64,000 bases of DNA. Source: Patellaria atrata CBS 101060 (lineage: Eukaryota). The stretch spans positions 1,240,001 to 1,304,000 of the forward strand of contig MU006091.1 in assembly GCA_010093705.1 (NCBI GenBank), read 5' to 3'. Both the position numbers and the translations under genes were made by a program. Each line of letters begins with the position of its first letter. Position 1 is the stretch's first letter. Below are positions 62,171-64,000 of this stretch, piece after piece. The notes under the pieces were generated by a model, which saw nothing but the letters and a program-made list of their open reading frames with translations, ran no database searches and was not told the origin of the DNA.

Positions 62171-64000
62171 TCATTCATACTCCGTCCTGGTCTTTCCCCG
62201 CTTCTTGCTCCCCTTGAAGTGCTTCTTGCTACTCGTCTTTAAATCCGCAGGGTTAATATCGTTTTCGAGCGCCACCACAGTCTTCAACTTTCGCCCTGAT
62301 AACTGCTTTCCTGTAGAACTACCCACATGCTGATATGGTGTAGTCAGATGTCCGCTATTGCCTTGACCGGAAGCAAAGAATCTCTTGTCTAGCCTGTTAG
62401 TCTTCTCGCCCTGAACTGGGAACGACACGATATCCGTCTCAGTCATCAATGACGGCGCTTCGGAGCCGGTCACCGACTCTTCATAATTCGTGGAAAGAGC
62501 TGCTCTCCGCTTCTGCGGTAAGTGTGCCTCGTCGTAAAGCTCGCGGTTGAAGTATTTAGGGTCTACCGGCGGATCTACCGGCGGGGGATGGCAATATAGC
62601 AGCTTCCCTTTCACAAAGTCCTTAAGAACAAATCGTGCTGCTCTTGATTCATCAGGTTGCCCTAGTCCTTGCGTTGAAAAGCCGCGTGCTTTGGCATACG
62701 CCCTTAAAAGCTCTTCCGCGGTTGGTATGCCGGTACCACCTTCTTCTAGAGGCCGAATATGAATCTTCATGCCGTATATCGCTTCCAAGAATGTTTGCGG
62801 AATCCGTTGTGCCACAAGTGCCGCAGGGCCGGTGAATTCGCGCAGTTGGTCGATTGGAAGGACACCACTACAGACAAGCTCAGCTTTGGTTGTTGCGAAG
62901 TTGGGGAAGACAAGACCTGGACAGTCACAGAGAATGACCTGATCGCTGAGGTGAATAGTTTGGAAGTGTTTTGTTTTCCCTGGTGTCGCCGAGACTGACA
63001 CCTTCTTTGCACCGATGAGAGCGTTGATAGTAGATGACTTTCCGACATTAGGATATCCTACGAGACCGATTTGAGTCTTTCGCGGAGGTAGATCAGGTCC
63101 TGTATCTACTACTTCTGGGGCGTGTTCTAGGAATAGTGCTTCCAACTCGTTCGTAGTCAATATTCTTGTTCGCTCCTCGTTGGATAATGGAGCTCCACCA
63201 TCTCTACCCTCAAGATCAAGCTCCTCTTCGCTAGCCCACTCCTCATCTTCATCTTTTTGATCTTGGAGATCTATCTTCTTCGCCTCTTGCGCTAGGTAGT
63301 CCCCATCTGCGGCTATTTCTTCCTCTATATCGTCATCCATATAGTCCTCTTCATCAGTCAACCCCCTAGCCTCGTTCATCTCTTTGGCCAGCTCAGCAGA
63401 GAAAAATTTGAAGCTGATACCTGCATTGACAAAGTAATCTGCCCATGCTTGTCTCTGCTCCAAAGTCATCATATCCGCCTTGTTGACTAGGAGTAAGTTG
63501 TTCTTTCTCGGATCTACTTCCTTGACATAGCGTTCTAAATCCTCCGATCGGAAGAGTAGGGGATTCCTTGCATCCACAATCTGTACGACAAGGTCTGACC
63601 GTTCTATCACTCGCCACAGTTGTCTCCAGACCTCCAGATTCCGCTCAAAAGGTGTCATAAGCAGATCATTCGTTTCTTGTAACTCTGCTAACCCTCTTCT
63701 CCAATCTAGCAATGACTGCCTCTCCCTTTCATCTAACTCCCGTGGTGTGGTATTCTCGTCCCATTTGGGTCTCCGCGGCACCGTCAACCGTTGCTTGTTC
63801 TCCTTTTGCTTCTTAATCGCAGCCCTCTCCTCAGCGGCAGAAAGAAGATACGGGTTCTTCTGATCTCTGTGTATGATTTTAACACTATTGATTTTCTCTG
63901 CCGTGAAATCCGTGCCTGCTAATTCCGCCGTGCTCAGAAACTCATCAAGTGCGGCTTGTTCGGTGACACTGCGCATTTTGACCCATGATGCTTCTTTCTT
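62171..64000 (-). CDS. LSG1: Large ribosomal subunit GTPase Lsg1 (circularly permuted GTPase); 5' end lies outside the window
   Basis: TPFERNLEVWRQLWRVIERSD, VDARNPL, G4 NKAD before G1 GYPNVGKSS, G2 TPGKTKHFQT, G3 DCPGLVFP. Confidence 0.96.
   Translation of the reverse strand, partial: KKEASWVKMRSVTEQAALDEFLSTAELAGTDFTAEKINSVKIIHRDQKNPYLLSAAEERAAIKKQKENKQRLTVPRRPKWDENTTPRELDERERQSLLDWRRGLAELQETNDLLMTPFERNLEVWRQLWRVIERSDLVVQIVDARNPLLFRSEDLERYVKEVDPRKNNLLLVNKADMMTLEQRQAWADYFVNAGISFKFFSAELAKEMNEARGLTDEEDYMDDDIEEEIAADGDYLAQEAKKIDLQDQKDEDEEWASEEELDLEGRDGGAPLSNEERTRILTTNELEALFLEHAPEVVDTGPDLPPRKTQIGLVGYPNVGKSSTINALIGAKKVSVSATPGKTKHFQTIHLSDQVILCDCPGLVFPNFATTKAELVCSGVLPIDQLREFTGPAALVAQRIPQTFLEAIYGMKIHIRPLEEGGTGIPTAEELLRAYAKARGFSTQGLGQPDESRAARFVLKDFVKGKLLYCHPPPVDPPVDPKYFNRELYDEAHLPQKRRAALSTNYEESVTGSEAPSLMTETDIVSFPVQGEKTNRLDKRFFASGQGNSGHLTTPYQHVGSSTGKQLSGRKLKTVVALENDINPADLKTSSKKHFKGSKKRGKTRTEYE

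Overview
Gene-dense, intron-containing DNA from a filamentous ascomycete. Short GT-AG introns with CTRAC/CTRAY branch sites indicate Pezizomycotina, and a Dothideomycete assignment is only an impression. Hand-splicing gives about 20 protein-coding genes: striatin/Pro11, a Rup1-like UBA protein, proteasome ATPase Rpt2, ABCB (MDR1-type) and ABCC (Ybt1-type) transporters, Swi5/Sae3, Ytp1, NDUFA12, Pgs1, Nap1, Ser3/33, myosin V, a ZUP1/Mug105-like peptidase, an ABHD11-like hydrolase, an acyl-CoA dehydrogenase, Lsg1 (5'-truncated) and several orphans. Swi5 and NDUFA12 are absent from or fragmented in the ORF track. No intact transposon, rRNA, canonical tRNA, CRISPR array or secondary-metabolite backbone gene was seen. 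The best novelty candidate is a ~145-165 nt structured RNA polymerase III-type gene at ~54.7-54.9 kb (minus strand). It has an upstream TATA, A and B boxes, a UUCG-capped 3' hairpin and oligo-T terminators, and does not fold as a tRNA. Other leads are recurrent ~1 kb C-rich-to-G-rich skew-switch domains, a 52-aa Cys-rich microprotein ORF, overlapping ORFs joined at a tandem -1 slippery repeat, and an orphan protein starting with a histone H3-like ARKS motif. All identities come from recognised motifs, not database searches.
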